64,000 nt of DNA from Nitrososphaerota archaeon (lineage in GTDB: Archaea > Thermoproteota > Nitrososphaeria > Nitrososphaerales > JACPRH01). Shown here in pieces: positions 53,784 through 63,818 of the stretch. The notes below the pieces were generated by a model. That model worked only from the letters and a program-made list of their open reading frames with translations. It did not search any database and had not been told where the DNA came from. A program made the translations under genes and the position numbers. The stretch is from positions 19,977-83,976 of the forward strand of contig JAMCPI010000017.1 of the NCBI GenBank assembly GCA_023379805.1. The letters are read 5' to 3'. The stretch's first letter is position 1, and each line of letters opens with the position of its first letter.

Positions 53784-55148
53784 TTAGATGATGTAGCGTT
53801 CCTTAACGATTTCTTGGCAGACGCGGAGCAGCTCATCAGGCCGTAATGTCTGGATCTCGGTGATAATCCCGTTTATGAAGAACTTGGGGGTTAAATCGAA
53901 GTACAGGTTGCGGACAGTGATGTTTTCCGGAGCGTTTTCCCAAACCTCCCGAGTATCCTTCTCCTCCAGCAGCACATGCGAAAAGAAGCTTCTAAGATTG
54001 ACCTTGCTGAGCCCAGCTAAAACGTAAACCGGTGCTCCGTGATAAGCCGCTGCAAGCACAATCGAGTAGGTTCCCGCCTTGTTAACCACAGAGCCGTCGG
54101 CGAAGAGACTGTCAGCCCCCAGAAGCACCATATCCACACCTGTAGCGAAGTAAGGTGAAGCCGCGTCAGTCACCAGCATAACCGGCATCCCGTAATCAGC
54201 CAGCTCCTTGGCGGTAGTTCTACCTTCGAAGAGAGGTCTCGACTCGGTCACAATCACCTCGAATCCGCGTCCCTTTTCGTAAGCCTGCTTCAAAGCGTCA
54301 AGAACCGTTGAGCTGTAGCTGTGGATCAGGATTTTCCCGTTCTCAGGAACGTATTGAGAAATAGTCTCAGCGGCCTTCTTCGCAATCACTCTTCTCTCCT
54401 CCTCAGCAGCCTCGATGACACGGTTAGCCTCGTCTCCGACAAACGTCTTCAACTCCCCGATGCTCCGGGTGGTCTCAGCCCTCTTCACCGTCTTAGCGAG
54501 AAGCTCACCCACCAAGTTGTTGAACGGAGCCATGCTTGGCCGCAGCCCCATCAACCGCTCCGCAAGCATTTTGAAACGCGCCAGAAACAAATCAAAATCT
54601 ACGGACTCATCCTCAGCCTCAAAGGCTTTGACCAGTGTTTGAACCGCCTCAGCTGCGAGGAAGGACGCTCCGTGAGTCCTGTCAGACTCAATATCTCTGA
54701 TTTGCCCCAGAACCTCCGGGTTCGGAATTATTTTTTCAAGAGGTGTCGGCAGCACCTTCTGCAGAGTTTCGTTGAGCGCCGGCACGGTGTGGTACTTCAC
54801 CAGCTCATCAGGCTCAATCCACCTGTGCTCCGTGTGCTCCCAGTCGGTCTTCAACTCGACACTTCCAGCCTTGAACAGGTGAGGATGGACAACCCAGAAA
54901 ACGCCGTTCTCAGCATCCGGGATACCGATAGGCTCACCTACCCTGATGAGCTCAACCTGATCCGCAGATAGATCAACCTCCTCCTTAATCTCAGTCAAAG
55001 CCCGTTTCAAAGGCTCCTCCCTCTTCTCAAGGTACCCGCTGATCCCCGCCCACCGCCCCTGATGGGTACCGACCTTCTCGCTACGCTTCAGAATCAGTAT
55101 TTTCTCTTCATGTTGAAGAAACGAGGTTACAACCTGCTTAGGCTCCAA
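53784..55148 (-). CDS. Nudix hydrolase fused to eIF-2B alpha/beta/delta-family (ribose-1,5-bisphosphate isomerase-like) domain
   Basis: The N-terminal Nudix box is GRWAGISGYLEKREEPLKRALTEIKEEVDL. The C-terminal e2b2-like blocks are ILIHSYSSTVL, VIVTESRPLFEG and VLLGADSLFADGSVVNKAGTY. Confidence 0.75.
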   Translation of the reverse strand: MEPKQVVTSFLQHEEKILILKRSEKVGTHQGRWAGISGYLEKREEPLKRALTEIKEEVDLSADQVELIRVGEPIGIPDAENGVFWVVHPHLFKAGSVELKTDWEHTEHRWIEPDELVKYHTVPALNETLQKVLPTPLEKIIPNPEVLGQIRDIESDRTHGASFLAAEAVQTLVKAFEAEDESVDFDLFLARFKMLAERLMGLRPSMAPFNNLVGELLAKTVKRAETTRSIGELKTFVGDEANRVIEAAEEERRVIAKKAAETISQYVPENGKILIHSYSSTVLDALKQAYEKGRGFEVIVTESRPLFEGRTTAKELADYGMPVMLVTDAASPYFATGVDMVLLGADSLFADGSVVNKAGTYSIVLAAAYHGAPVYVLAGLSKVNLRSFFSHVLLEEKDTREVWENAPENITVRNLYFDLTPKFFINGIITEIQTLRPDELLRVCQEIVKERYII

Positions 55149-55181
55149 CTACCGGTAAACCCCCAGAGAACCTACCTGTAT

Positions 55182-55619
55182 CTACGTGGATTGGCCGTGA
55201 CGCATATAATCGGGCATACGGGCTTCCGGCACCGCATCCGCCCTTGGAAGATACGGCTTTATGTCGACTATCGGAGAACCTACCTCCGCATCCAAACCTT
55301 TCACCTGAAGCCGGCATCTCTCCACGGAGACAAGCTCAGTTACACATAAGCCTATGGGATTAGGTCGATTCGGGCTCCGGGAAGTAAAGACCCCGATCTC
55401 AGGGGCGCCGGGGTGCATCTTAGGGGTGACCCTGAGGACTAAACGCTGCTCCCTGCTGTCTCGACGATGGAACCAGTAGAGAACAATAATATGCGAATAG
55501 GTTTGAATCCGGTAAAGCCCATCACAGAACTCATCAAACACACGTATAGTCGAAACCCCTTCATCATCAACAGATTCAACCTCGCCGATGAAAAACACCT
55601 CTCCACGCCTTTCAACCAT
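55182..55619 (-). CDS. trmO: TsaA/TrmO-like tRNA methyltransferase (UPF0066)
   Basis: FTSRSPNRPNPIGL...GLDAEVGSPIVDIKPY. Confidence 0.8.
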   Translation of the reverse strand: MVERRGEVFFIGEVESVDDEGVSTIRVFDEFCDGLYRIQTYSHIIVLYWFHRRDSREQRLVLRVTPKMHPGAPEIGVFTSRSPNRPNPIGLCVTELVSVERCRLQVKGLDAEVGSPIVDIKPYLPRADAVPEARMPDYMRHGQST

Positions 55620-55740
55620 ACCCCTCTCTCGCTCTCCTCTCTCAATTCTTCATGAAGCAATACTTCTTTTTTAAAGCCTCGTTATAATGAGTAGTAGCTA
55701 CTACCAGTAACTCTAAATCAACATATTTTCTTAATGATCA

Positions 55741-56436
55741 TTGATTGATCGGTTAATGGTACAGACAGGTAAACCTGTGTTCTGGGACGCGGATACGCAG
55801 TACGACTTCATCTACCCTGACGGGAAACTCTACATGAAGGGTGCTGATGAACTCATACCTAACTTTGAACGGTTAACCAGGTATGCTCGCAAGAACAGGG
55901 TTCAGGTGCTCGGCTCAGTTGACTACCACTCTCTAGATAATGAGGAAATCTCAGATCACCCAGATTTCAAAGCCACCTTTCCTCCTCACTGCTTGAAAGG
56001 TACACCGGGTCAAGCAAAGATTGACGCTACGAAGCCTAAGAACCCTTTATGGGTCAACCCGGTAGAACGCGGAGAATACCTGGAGGATAAAGTGCGATCC
56101 CACGACGGAGAAATATACTTCCGAAAAAACGCGCTTGACATCTTCTCAAACCCGAATGTAGACAGAGTGCTTGACGTCGTGAAACCTTCCAAAATCATTC
56201 TATACGGCGTTGCCCTCGACATCTGCGACGCCTACACAATCGAGGGACTGCTTCAACGAGAATATACAGTATATCTGGTCACTGATGCTGTAAAACCTAT
56301 AAGCGCGGAAAAAGGCGAGGCGCTTATGAACCGGTGGAAGAAGAGAGGCGTCAAAATGATAAAAACCGTAGACATCGTCGAAGGCGGCTTACTAGCCGAG
56401 CCACCCACTACGACGACTATGACTGCCATTGGTTGA
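55741..56436 (+). CDS. Isochorismatase-family cysteine hydrolase (nicotinamidase-like)
   Basis: FWDADTQYDF, ...PPHC..GT.G and IILYGVALDICD match the isochorismatase/PncA layout. Confidence 0.7.
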   Translation: MIDRLMVQTGKPVFWDADTQYDFIYPDGKLYMKGADELIPNFERLTRYARKNRVQVLGSVDYHSLDNEEISDHPDFKATFPPHCLKGTPGQAKIDATKPKNPLWVNPVERGEYLEDKVRSHDGEIYFRKNALDIFSNPNVDRVLDVVKPSKIILYGVALDICDAYTIEGLLQREYTVYLVTDAVKPISAEKGEALMNRWKKRGVKMIKTVDIVEGGLLAEPPTTTTMTAIG

Positions 56437-56452
56437 GTAAGATGAAGGTTGT

Positions 56453-56893
56453 TTGAACGGTATGTCTCCTAGTTCTCCGCAAAGGTATCCTGAGCCAACG
56501 GTAGGCGCGTTAATCGTCAACGACTCAGGAGAGATTCTTCTAGTCCAGTCCTACAAGTGGAATAACTTCTGGTCAGTTCCAGGCGGACATATCGAGCTCG
56601 GTGAACGGGCTGAAGAGGCTGTTAAACGTGAAGTGAAGGAGGAGGTTGGGCTTGACGTGGAGCCGGTTAAGATGCTTATGGTTCAGCAGGCTGTTTACCC
56701 TAAGAACTTCATGGCGCCAAGACACTTTATCTTCATGGACTTTCTCTGCCGCACAAAGTCAAGCAAAGTGAAGCTTGATGAACGCGAGATTCAGGAAAGC
56801 AAATGGGCCACGCCTGAAGAGGCTCTTCAGGAGAAACTCGAAGAGTTCACCAGAAATCTCGTAGAGAAATACCTCTCAGAGAAAAACGCTTGA
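56453..56893 (+). CDS. Nudix hydrolase
   Basis: The Nudix box is GGHIELGERAEEAVKREVKEEVGL. Confidence 0.85.
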   Translation: MNGMSPSSPQRYPEPTVGALIVNDSGEILLVQSYKWNNFWSVPGGHIELGERAEEAVKREVKEEVGLDVEPVKMLMVQQAVYPKNFMAPRHFIFMDFLCRTKSSKVKLDEREIQESKWATPEEALQEKLEEFTRNLVEKYLSEKNA

Positions 56894-56915
56894 ATGAGAG
56901 ACTGGGCACCCTGCT

Positions 56916-58172
56916 TTGCTAACCCGAATAGTTCAGTTAAAACCGCATCAAACCCTCCTGTTGAAAGGACCCGCTGAAATCACCGCGCAGAAAGACGGTT
57001 TAAGCGCACTAGGAAAACCGTTAGCTACGCGAAAACCTACATGGGTTAGACGCGGAAAAGTGATGCCCTTCGAAACCAGCGGAGCATCAGCTGCGAAGAT
57101 TGTACTCAAGAAAGAAGCGGACTTCTGGATCGACACAGGGCGTGTAGGCGTCAAGATTTGGCGAAGCGTAGCTGACGAGCTGTTCGCTCCGAACACTGTC
57201 GTTAAGCGGGTGGTTGTTGTAGGGGCTACAGACTCAGGCAAATCCACGTTGTCCACGTATCTGTTGAACACGGCTTTATCGAAGGGTTTGTCAGCCGGGG
57301 TTGTTGACGAAGACGTTGGGCAAGGCGACCTTGCTCCCCCGGGCTGCGTCGGAGGCGCAGTTCTACAGACCCACGTCTTCGATCTGCGTGACGTCGAGGC
57401 TGATCTGCTGGGCTTCGTAGGAGCTATTTCACCGGTAGGCGTTGAAGATGTTGTTAGGAAGGAGGTTAGCCTAGTTGCGCAGAGGCTGGAGGCGTCAGGA
57501 AGCAGCTTCACAGTCATCAACACCGACGGCTACATCTCGTCTGAAGGAGTTGTGTTCAAGGCTAAGATGATCAATGATCTTCACCCCGACGCGGTGGTCT
57601 GCTTCGAGGATCATGATGGAGGCCAAACCATCTTTAATGAATTGAGCGGGATGTGCGGTTACACAATGGTGCTGGCTAAGCATCCATCGTACTCGGTGAA
57701 GACCCGTTCAGAACGTGCTGTGCGCAGAATGAGTCAGTACCACCGGTTTCTAAAGGGTGAACATAGCTTCCGCATCCCTCTTCAAGAGAATAGGATCAGG
57801 TTTCTGGGACAAGACTATCATAGTAACGCGGCTGAAACGGGCAGTAGCAACAGATTTGCGAAGATCGGTTCAGCCGGTCGAAGCCTAGTTATTGAGCGTG
57901 GTTTAGTTGGTGACGTCGCGGTTGTTGAGCAGATAGCCGACGCTGAGAAGGTGGTTCTGCCTGCATCTTCCCTCAACGGTATGCTTCTAGGTTTAGGCTC
58001 AGCTGACAGGGTTTTGAGGTTCGGACGCTGCGTCAGAGTACGCTCAGACTTCTCAGTTGACGTGGTAACTGAGAGCGTGGCTGGTGTCAACACGGTTTTT
58101 CTCAGCCTCATCAGGCTTCGAGAGGGGTTGCGTCGAGAAGATATTCTACCTATAGCCAGATCCACAGGTTGA
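56916..58172 (+). CDS. Clp1/Grc3-like polynucleotide 5'-kinase
   Basis: The P-loop is VVVGATDSGKSTLSTYL, followed by VDEDVGQGD and INTDGY. Confidence 0.65.
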   Translation: MLTRIVQLKPHQTLLLKGPAEITAQKDGLSALGKPLATRKPTWVRRGKVMPFETSGASAAKIVLKKEADFWIDTGRVGVKIWRSVADELFAPNTVVKRVVVVGATDSGKSTLSTYLLNTALSKGLSAGVVDEDVGQGDLAPPGCVGGAVLQTHVFDLRDVEADLLGFVGAISPVGVEDVVRKEVSLVAQRLEASGSSFTVINTDGYISSEGVVFKAKMINDLHPDAVVCFEDHDGGQTIFNELSGMCGYTMVLAKHPSYSVKTRSERAVRRMSQYHRFLKGEHSFRIPLQENRIRFLGQDYHSNAAETGSSNRFAKIGSAGRSLVIERGLVGDVAVVEQIADAEKVVLPASSLNGMLLGLGSADRVLRFGRCVRVRSDFSVDVVTESVAGVNTVFLSLIRLREGLRREDILPIARSTG

Positions 58173-58214
58173 CCCGCCTTGGGTGCAACACAGATATACC
58201 TTGCAGAGTAATGC

Positions 58215-58589
58215 ATGTTTATGGTTCAGAGTTCTTCCCCCTCATTCTTAGATAGAAGCGAAAGCGTCTCAGTAACTGGCCGAAGTTTTAAGCTGCGGCT
58301 GATGAGCTTAGCTAACGGTTGCTTCCTCCTAGTCTCAGAGGGGAGTGAAGAGCGGTTCGGTTCACTGACGCTTTCGATGAAGATAGGTGAGAGGGTGGAG
58401 CACACCTCGATGACACCTGATATGCGAGCAGGAGTTTTCGCAGGCGTATTAGCGGATTTAGCTGCCAGCCTCTGCCCAGGGATCACTATTGTGTCGCTTT
58501 ACGTTCGCGAGGAGATGCGTCCGGAGACCGCTAGCGACCTGTTGAAGAGGATTAGAGATTTTATCAATGCAGCTCGAACTTCAAGTTAA
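58215..58589 (+). CDS. Hypothetical protein
   Basis: 124-aa ORF, co-oriented with and directly after the Clp1-like gene. No motif recognised. Confidence 0.4.
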   Translation: MFMVQSSSPSFLDRSESVSVTGRSFKLRLMSLANGCFLLVSEGSEERFGSLTLSMKIGERVEHTSMTPDMRAGVFAGVLADLAASLCPGITIVSLYVREEMRPETASDLLKRIRDFINAARTSS

Positions 58590-58662
58590 AACCGGCTCAG
58601 GTTTTGATTGATCATTTTTAACTAACAACTCTTTACATATATTGCTGTCAGATATTACTCAT

Positions 58663-58773
58663 ATGAGTGAGGAGTGTAGGCCGCGCTACCGATGCATCCA
58701 GTGCGAACTCTACTTTGAAGAGCCGCGCCTATGGGAGATGCACCAGAAACTCCAGCATAGACGTAAACGCTAA
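58663..58773 (+). CDS. Small C2H2-type zinc-finger protein (36 aa; below the ORF-track cutoff)
   Basis: MSEECRPRYRCIQCELYFEEPRLWEMHQKLQHRRKR. The pattern is C-x2-C-x12-H-x4-H, the same fold class as 11647-11817. Confidence 0.4.
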   Translation: MSEECRPRYRCIQCELYFEEPRLWEMHQKLQHRRKR

Positions 58774-58824
58774 CTAACAGGCTGGCTAAACCGAGCTAAC
58801 TCCACCAGGCTTCTGCTCACTTGC

Positions 58825-60132
58825 TTACATGCTTACGCGGTTCCACCACTCCGCGACCCCGTCATCCCCTAGGATCTTGGCCGTGGCCTTCTGAACGGCT
58901 TCTCTGTGATTCTTCACCGTGTAGACTCTCAGAATATCCATGTAGCCTGATATTGCGCCCATCAGCGGCAGCTCTTCGATACCGACCTTCTGACTGTGCG
59001 GACGCCCCCCGGTTTTAGAGATGAGAGTCAAGGTCTGCAGGGCTTCACGGGAGGAAGTTAACGGAACTGACGGCGTAGTAGGCACGTCTACGTAGACGTT
59101 GTCCGGGTCAACACTGGCCTTCTCCGCGATCTCGTTCCCTATCTGTTCACGTATCTTCTTCTGGCCAAAAATCTTCTCTATGAGGGTGTCTCGCCGCTGA
59201 ACAGTCTTCTCAAACACGCATTTGATCAGCCGGCGGTCACGGTAGTTCTGAGCTATCTGCTTAGCCTTCTCAAGATCGCTTCGCCCCTCAGTCTGCAGAT
59301 CAGCTAGGCGTGCGAGGGTGGTCTCGTCGGTTAAACTGAGATATCCTGAGAGATCATCGACCTTGGTGAGGTTCAACGCGTTATCAGCTAGACTGATCGC
59401 CCTTACAAGCATTATTTCGGCTGCGCGGACGGTGCGGTGGAAGTAGACCGCCCTGAACATCTCGTATCTCGCTATGATCAAGGCCTCTAAAGCGTAGAGC
59501 GCAGCTTGATCCAGCGCCAACCTGTTGTCTACGACTTCGAAGGAGTTGATGATACGGTGAATGTCTACCTTCCCGTACTCGACCCCGGTGAAGTAAGAGT
59601 CGCGGAGCAGGTAATCCATTATGTCTACGCTTAACCCTCCCCCGATCAACTCATTCATGTAGAGCGGGCGATCCTGACAGAGACCGATAGCTAAATCGGA
59701 TACCGTGTTCACCTGATAACCGTGTTTCTGAAGAATATCCTTGATCTCGGTCTCACGTATCACACGTCTGGTCATGTCTTCGTGGCTGAGCTTCTGACGC
59801 TCAGCTAGAACCTCCTCAAACAGGTGTGAGAAGGGGCCGTGGCCGATGTCGTGCAGTAGAGCCGCCATCCTCACCTCCTTAGCCTGCCTCCGTTTCACCT
59901 CAGTTTTCTCAGACAGCCTTGTAGCCGCGAGGCTCGCGAGGTATGTGGCGCCTATGAGGTGGTCGAAACGAGTGTGCTGGGCACCCGGATAGGTGATGTA
60001 GGCTCCTGAGAGCTGACGTATCCGGCGCAGCCTCTGAAAGATGGGATGATCAATAACCTCCTTCTCATCCTCATCTAGATAGATGTAGCCGTGCACAGGA
60101 TCCCTGAACTCAGCCACCGACTTAGAATCCAC
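58825..60132 (-). CDS. HD-domain dNTP triphosphohydrolase-like protein
   Basis: TRFDHLIGATYLA, AALLHDIGHGPFSH and DYLLRDSYFTGV (SAMHD1/dGTPase-like). Confidence 0.8.
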   Translation of the reverse strand: MDSKSVAEFRDPVHGYIYLDEDEKEVIDHPIFQRLRRIRQLSGAYITYPGAQHTRFDHLIGATYLASLAATRLSEKTEVKRRQAKEVRMAALLHDIGHGPFSHLFEEVLAERQKLSHEDMTRRVIRETEIKDILQKHGYQVNTVSDLAIGLCQDRPLYMNELIGGGLSVDIMDYLLRDSYFTGVEYGKVDIHRIINSFEVVDNRLALDQAALYALEALIIARYEMFRAVYFHRTVRAAEIMLVRAISLADNALNLTKVDDLSGYLSLTDETTLARLADLQTEGRSDLEKAKQIAQNYRDRRLIKCVFEKTVQRRDTLIEKIFGQKKIREQIGNEIAEKASVDPDNVYVDVPTTPSVPLTSSREALQTLTLISKTGGRPHSQKVGIEELPLMGAISGYMDILRVYTVKNHREAVQKATAKILGDDGVAEWWNRVSM

Positions 60133-60255
60133 AAAATCTCCCTCCTACTCAACCGCCATATTAAGGAGTTGCCGTCAAACCCTGCCTAGAACGACGTTAT
60201 AACACCAAGAAAGGGCTTTAATACTAGATACTTCATGTCCCACTACTGATTCGAG

Positions 60256-60747
60256 TTGCGTCACTCTTCCTTGAGCAACCGCTATGACGAAATCAAGGAT
60301 GAAATGAGCTACTACCTGCTACTACAGGCCTACGCATTCCTAAAGACCTCCGGGAACCGCGACATCGCCGCAGCACGGCGATACCTCTCCGAGAAGGCTT
60401 CTGAAACCACTATCTGGGAGGCGAAAATCTTCCCCGGCGACCTGTACGCAGAGGCCCTAGGTCACTCAGTCGCGAAGCACATGGGCGATGCCTTCAACAG
60501 CAAATACGATCTGCAGATCGGCCATGATTACTTCAGAGTCATCCTTGAAGACTGCGGCTACATCGGCTGCATCCTGAAGCACGCTGCACAGTTCGACCTA
60601 GACGAGTCGGAGTGTAGAACAATCTTCTGCGGCGCCTGCCTAGCCGGCTACAGGCTCTCAGCTAAGAAGCTCGGATTAAAGTTCCACAGCTCCCTCAGCC
60701 ACCTAGGCTGCCAGATGACCTTCAGCAACCCACCGGCACCCCAGTAG
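60256..60747 (+). CDS. Hypothetical protein
   Basis: 163-aa ORF (TTG start). Several Cys residues are present. No family recognised. Confidence 0.4.
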   Translation: MRHSSLSNRYDEIKDEMSYYLLLQAYAFLKTSGNRDIAAARRYLSEKASETTIWEAKIFPGDLYAEALGHSVAKHMGDAFNSKYDLQIGHDYFRVILEDCGYIGCILKHAAQFDLDESECRTIFCGACLAGYRLSAKKLGLKFHSSLSHLGCQMTFSNPPAPQ

Positions 60748-60813
60748 CCTCGCAGCGCGAGACACACATCTTTATTATTCCAACCCTACTTCACCCCGGG
60801 TGGCGAGAAGAGG

Positions 60814-61452
60814 ATGGTCAATAGCCGTCCGGGTCTCATTATCGTCCTAGAAGGTATTGATCAATCCGGAAAGCAAACGCAAAGCCGTATGCTCTTCGAG
60901 CAGCTCAAGAAGCAAGGCATTCCTGCGGAATACATCTCGTTCCCAGATTACACGACCACCATAGGTAAAGAAATCGAGGCGTTCCTCGCAGGCAAGCGAA
61001 GCTATTACAACCTCCAAGCTAGGCACATGCTTCTCTCACTGAACCGCTGGGAGCGCAAGGACGATCTGGACCGGTGGCTGAAGGAGGGCCGAGTGGTTGT
61101 ATTAAACCGGTACAGCGGCTCCAACTACGCATACGGTGTTGCGCAGGGTTTAAGCCTCGACTGGCTGATGAACCTTGAAAAGGGGCTGCCTGAACCCGGC
61201 TTAACAGTCCTGCTTGATGTTCCAATCGCCGCCTCCCTTGAACGGAAGACGGCTGAGCGTGACGTGCATGAGCGTGATCAAGACCTCCTCAGACGCGTGC
61301 GTGAAGAGTATCTGAAGCTGGCTGCACGATGGGGCTGGCGGGTAATCAACGGAGCCCGCGGCACAGACCTAGTTCAGAGAGATGTTTGGCGGACTGTTGA
61401 AGAAAAGCTTCAGCTAAGAAGCGGCAGCGGCATTAAAGGTAAACGGGTTTGA
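60814..61452 (+). CDS. tmk: Thymidylate kinase
   Basis: The P-loop is IVLEGIDQSGKQTQ. DRYSGSNYAYG-like (NRYSGSNYAYG) is present, followed by the LID region. Confidence 0.9.
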   Translation: MVNSRPGLIIVLEGIDQSGKQTQSRMLFEQLKKQGIPAEYISFPDYTTTIGKEIEAFLAGKRSYYNLQARHMLLSLNRWERKDDLDRWLKEGRVVVLNRYSGSNYAYGVAQGLSLDWLMNLEKGLPEPGLTVLLDVPIAASLERKTAERDVHERDQDLLRRVREEYLKLAARWGWRVINGARGTDLVQRDVWRTVEEKLQLRSGSGIKGKRV

Positions 61453-61456
61453 TTGA

Positions 61457-63733
61457 GTGGAGGGCGGCGAGGAGGCTTTACCGGTCTTGGTTGCCGATTT
61501 CATTGAACATCCGAATGTGAAGCCCGGTTCCCTGCAACGCCGAGACTATCAGGTGGATCTGGCGTCGCTCTGCAGCAGTCAAAACACTCTCCTAGTGGTT
61601 CCCACTGGTCTCGGCAAAACCGCTATTGCTCTCTTGGTGGTCGCGGAGCTTCTCAAAAACTATCCCGAAAAGAAGTGTCTGATGCTTGCACCAACCAGAC
61701 CTCTCTGCCACCAGCATTACCGCTTCCTCCAGAAGCATCTAACTGTAGACGAAGACAAGATTCAAGTGATTACGGGAACCGATCTCCTCGATCTCAGACG
61801 CGAGAAATGGAGCGGCCAGATAATATGCGCCACCCCCCAAATCACTGTCAGAGACATCGCAAGAGGATTAGTGACCCTGGGAGACCTCTCCCTCATAATC
61901 TTCGACGAGGCCCACAGAGCAGTAGGTGACTACGCGTACTGCTCCATCGGGAAGAACTTCTCGAAAATCTCTCAGGGCGGCAGAATGATGGGGATGACTG
62001 CCTCTCTCCCAGATGATGAGAAGAGAGTGAAGGAGATTCTGCTAAACCTCGATCTCGCCAAGGTGGAGTTTAGAGATGAAGCGAGCCCGGATGTGAAGCC
62101 GTATGTGCAGAAAACCGATGTCGAGGTCACCGAGGTGTCTCTTCCACCCGTCATCCAGAATATACGTAACGCGCTGCGAGGAGCCGTCTCAGTTCGAGTA
62201 AGACGACTCAGGGACGCCGGTCTAGTTACTCTTCCCAGCTATGGAAACGTCGGGATGAAGAAGCTCCTCGACATCCGCGCCGAAGTTGAGCGCAGAGGAG
62301 ATCAGCAGGCACGATCTGATCTTACCGCGGCTATAAGGTTGAACCACGCTATCACGCTGCTTGAGACGCAGAGCGTCAGATCATTCACCAAATTCTTCGA
62401 CCGGCTCGCTGAACGATATCAGGGCGTCGGGTTCCGCAAATTAATGGAGGATCAGCAAATCAGGGCCGCGTACGAGTCGGCGCGGGGTGCACTGCTTCTC
62501 GGGGTGGAGCATCCTAAAATTGACGAGCTAAAGAAGATTTTGAAGTCCCTAGGTGCATCTGAGAAGGCGATTGTCTTCGCCAGCTACAGAGACTCTGTGG
62601 AGGATATCTACGAGAGCCTATGCGCCGATGGGCTTCGCGCCAGATACCTGATCGGGAAGAGCGGGCGTGGACAGAGTCAGGATCAGCAGGTGCGGACAAT
62701 AGAGGATATGCGTGGAGGACTCTTCGACATCCTAGTGGCTACTCAGGTAGGTGAAGAGGGGCTTGACATCTCCGAGTGCAACCTAGTAATCTTCTATGAT
62801 AATGTTCCCAGCGCAGTAAGATTCATTCAGCGAAGAGGCCGCACCGGCAGAGAATCTCCTGGCCGCGTCATCGCGCTCGTAGCCAAAGGCACCAAAGACG
62901 AGTCCTACTACTGGTCAGGACAACGCAGAATGCAGAGCAGCCGGAAAATCGCCGCCAACCTAGAGAAGTCAAAGCGAGACACAGAGGGCCCGATGGACAA
63001 ATACGTTGACAGAGTGAAGATTTCACCCCTCATCTATGTTGATACACGAGAATCACTTCTAATGGTTGATGAACTGAAGAAGCAGGGCAGCCGAGTAGAT
63101 GTGAAAGCTCTACCTATGGGCGACTTCGTGCTGTCAACTGACGTGGTGGTGGAGAGGAAGACCGCTGAGGACTTTGTGAAATCAGTTATCGACGGCCGCC
63201 TCTTCAGCCAACTAGTAGCTATGCGTGAAGCCTACCCGCGGCCCCTTCTGGTACTTGAAGGTGATCGCCGTAAAGCAGTCGGAATAGGCTCAGCAGCCTT
63301 CCTAGGCGCATTAGCAAGTGTCATCACAGACTTCCAGGTCTCCATCTACACAACCAACGATGAAAGCGAAACCGCCCAGATGCTCTTCCACATCGCTAGA
63401 CGTGAACAGATGGATAAGAAGAAAGAAGTCAGAATCAGAAGCGGCAGAAAACCCGTATCAATCAGCGACCAGCAGAAGTACATCGTAGCCGGGCTACCTG
63501 GTGTAAGCACCGTATTAGCCGACAGATTCCTACGCGAACTAAAAACAGTCGCGCACATCTTCAACGCCACCGAAGAGGAACTTACACAGGTAGAAGGCGT
63601 CGGAGAAAAACTAGCCAAACGCATAACCGAAATATCAAGAAAGGAATACACACCTGAGCCGACGGCGACTAGTACTACTACCGATGCTGCTGATAGCTCT
63701 GACGCCGCTGATGAAGAGCCACGACCACAGTAA
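61457..63733 (+). CDS. hef: Hef helicase-nuclease (SF2 helicase + ERCC4/XPF nuclease + HhH2)
   Basis: PTGLGKT, IFDEAHRAVG and the helicase C domain (QRRGRTGR) are present. The ERCC4 motif is GDFVLSTDVVVERKTAEDF. The C-terminal HhH is LPGVS...VEGVGEKLAKRI. Confidence 0.9.
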   Translation: MEGGEEALPVLVADFIEHPNVKPGSLQRRDYQVDLASLCSSQNTLLVVPTGLGKTAIALLVVAELLKNYPEKKCLMLAPTRPLCHQHYRFLQKHLTVDEDKIQVITGTDLLDLRREKWSGQIICATPQITVRDIARGLVTLGDLSLIIFDEAHRAVGDYAYCSIGKNFSKISQGGRMMGMTASLPDDEKRVKEILLNLDLAKVEFRDEASPDVKPYVQKTDVEVTEVSLPPVIQNIRNALRGAVSVRVRRLRDAGLVTLPSYGNVGMKKLLDIRAEVERRGDQQARSDLTAAIRLNHAITLLETQSVRSFTKFFDRLAERYQGVGFRKLMEDQQIRAAYESARGALLLGVEHPKIDELKKILKSLGASEKAIVFASYRDSVEDIYESLCADGLRARYLIGKSGRGQSQDQQVRTIEDMRGGLFDILVATQVGEEGLDISECNLVIFYDNVPSAVRFIQRRGRTGRESPGRVIALVAKGTKDESYYWSGQRRMQSSRKIAANLEKSKRDTEGPMDKYVDRVKISPLIYVDTRESLLMVDELKKQGSRVDVKALPMGDFVLSTDVVVERKTAEDFVKSVIDGRLFSQLVAMREAYPRPLLVLEGDRRKAVGIGSAAFLGALASVITDFQVSIYTTNDESETAQMLFHIARREQMDKKKEVRIRSGRKPVSISDQQKYIVAGLPGVSTVLADRFLRELKTVAHIFNATEEELTQVEGVGEKLAKRITEISRKEYTPEPTATSTTTDAADSSDAADEEPRPQ

Positions 63734-63818
63734 AACATGCCGAAGCAAACGAGCTCTATGCGATACACTTATTTCATTACTATCACTTAGTTATCTCATC
63801 CGATTGGGATTTGGGATG

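Noticed and set aside
56948-57523. Antisense ORFs opposite the Clp1-like kinase gene (56948-57523, 57495-57683, 57818-58216).
   Set aside because: The products are Ser/Thr/Pro/Arg-rich. The plus-strand frame carries a clear P-loop and a continuous 418-aa ORF.
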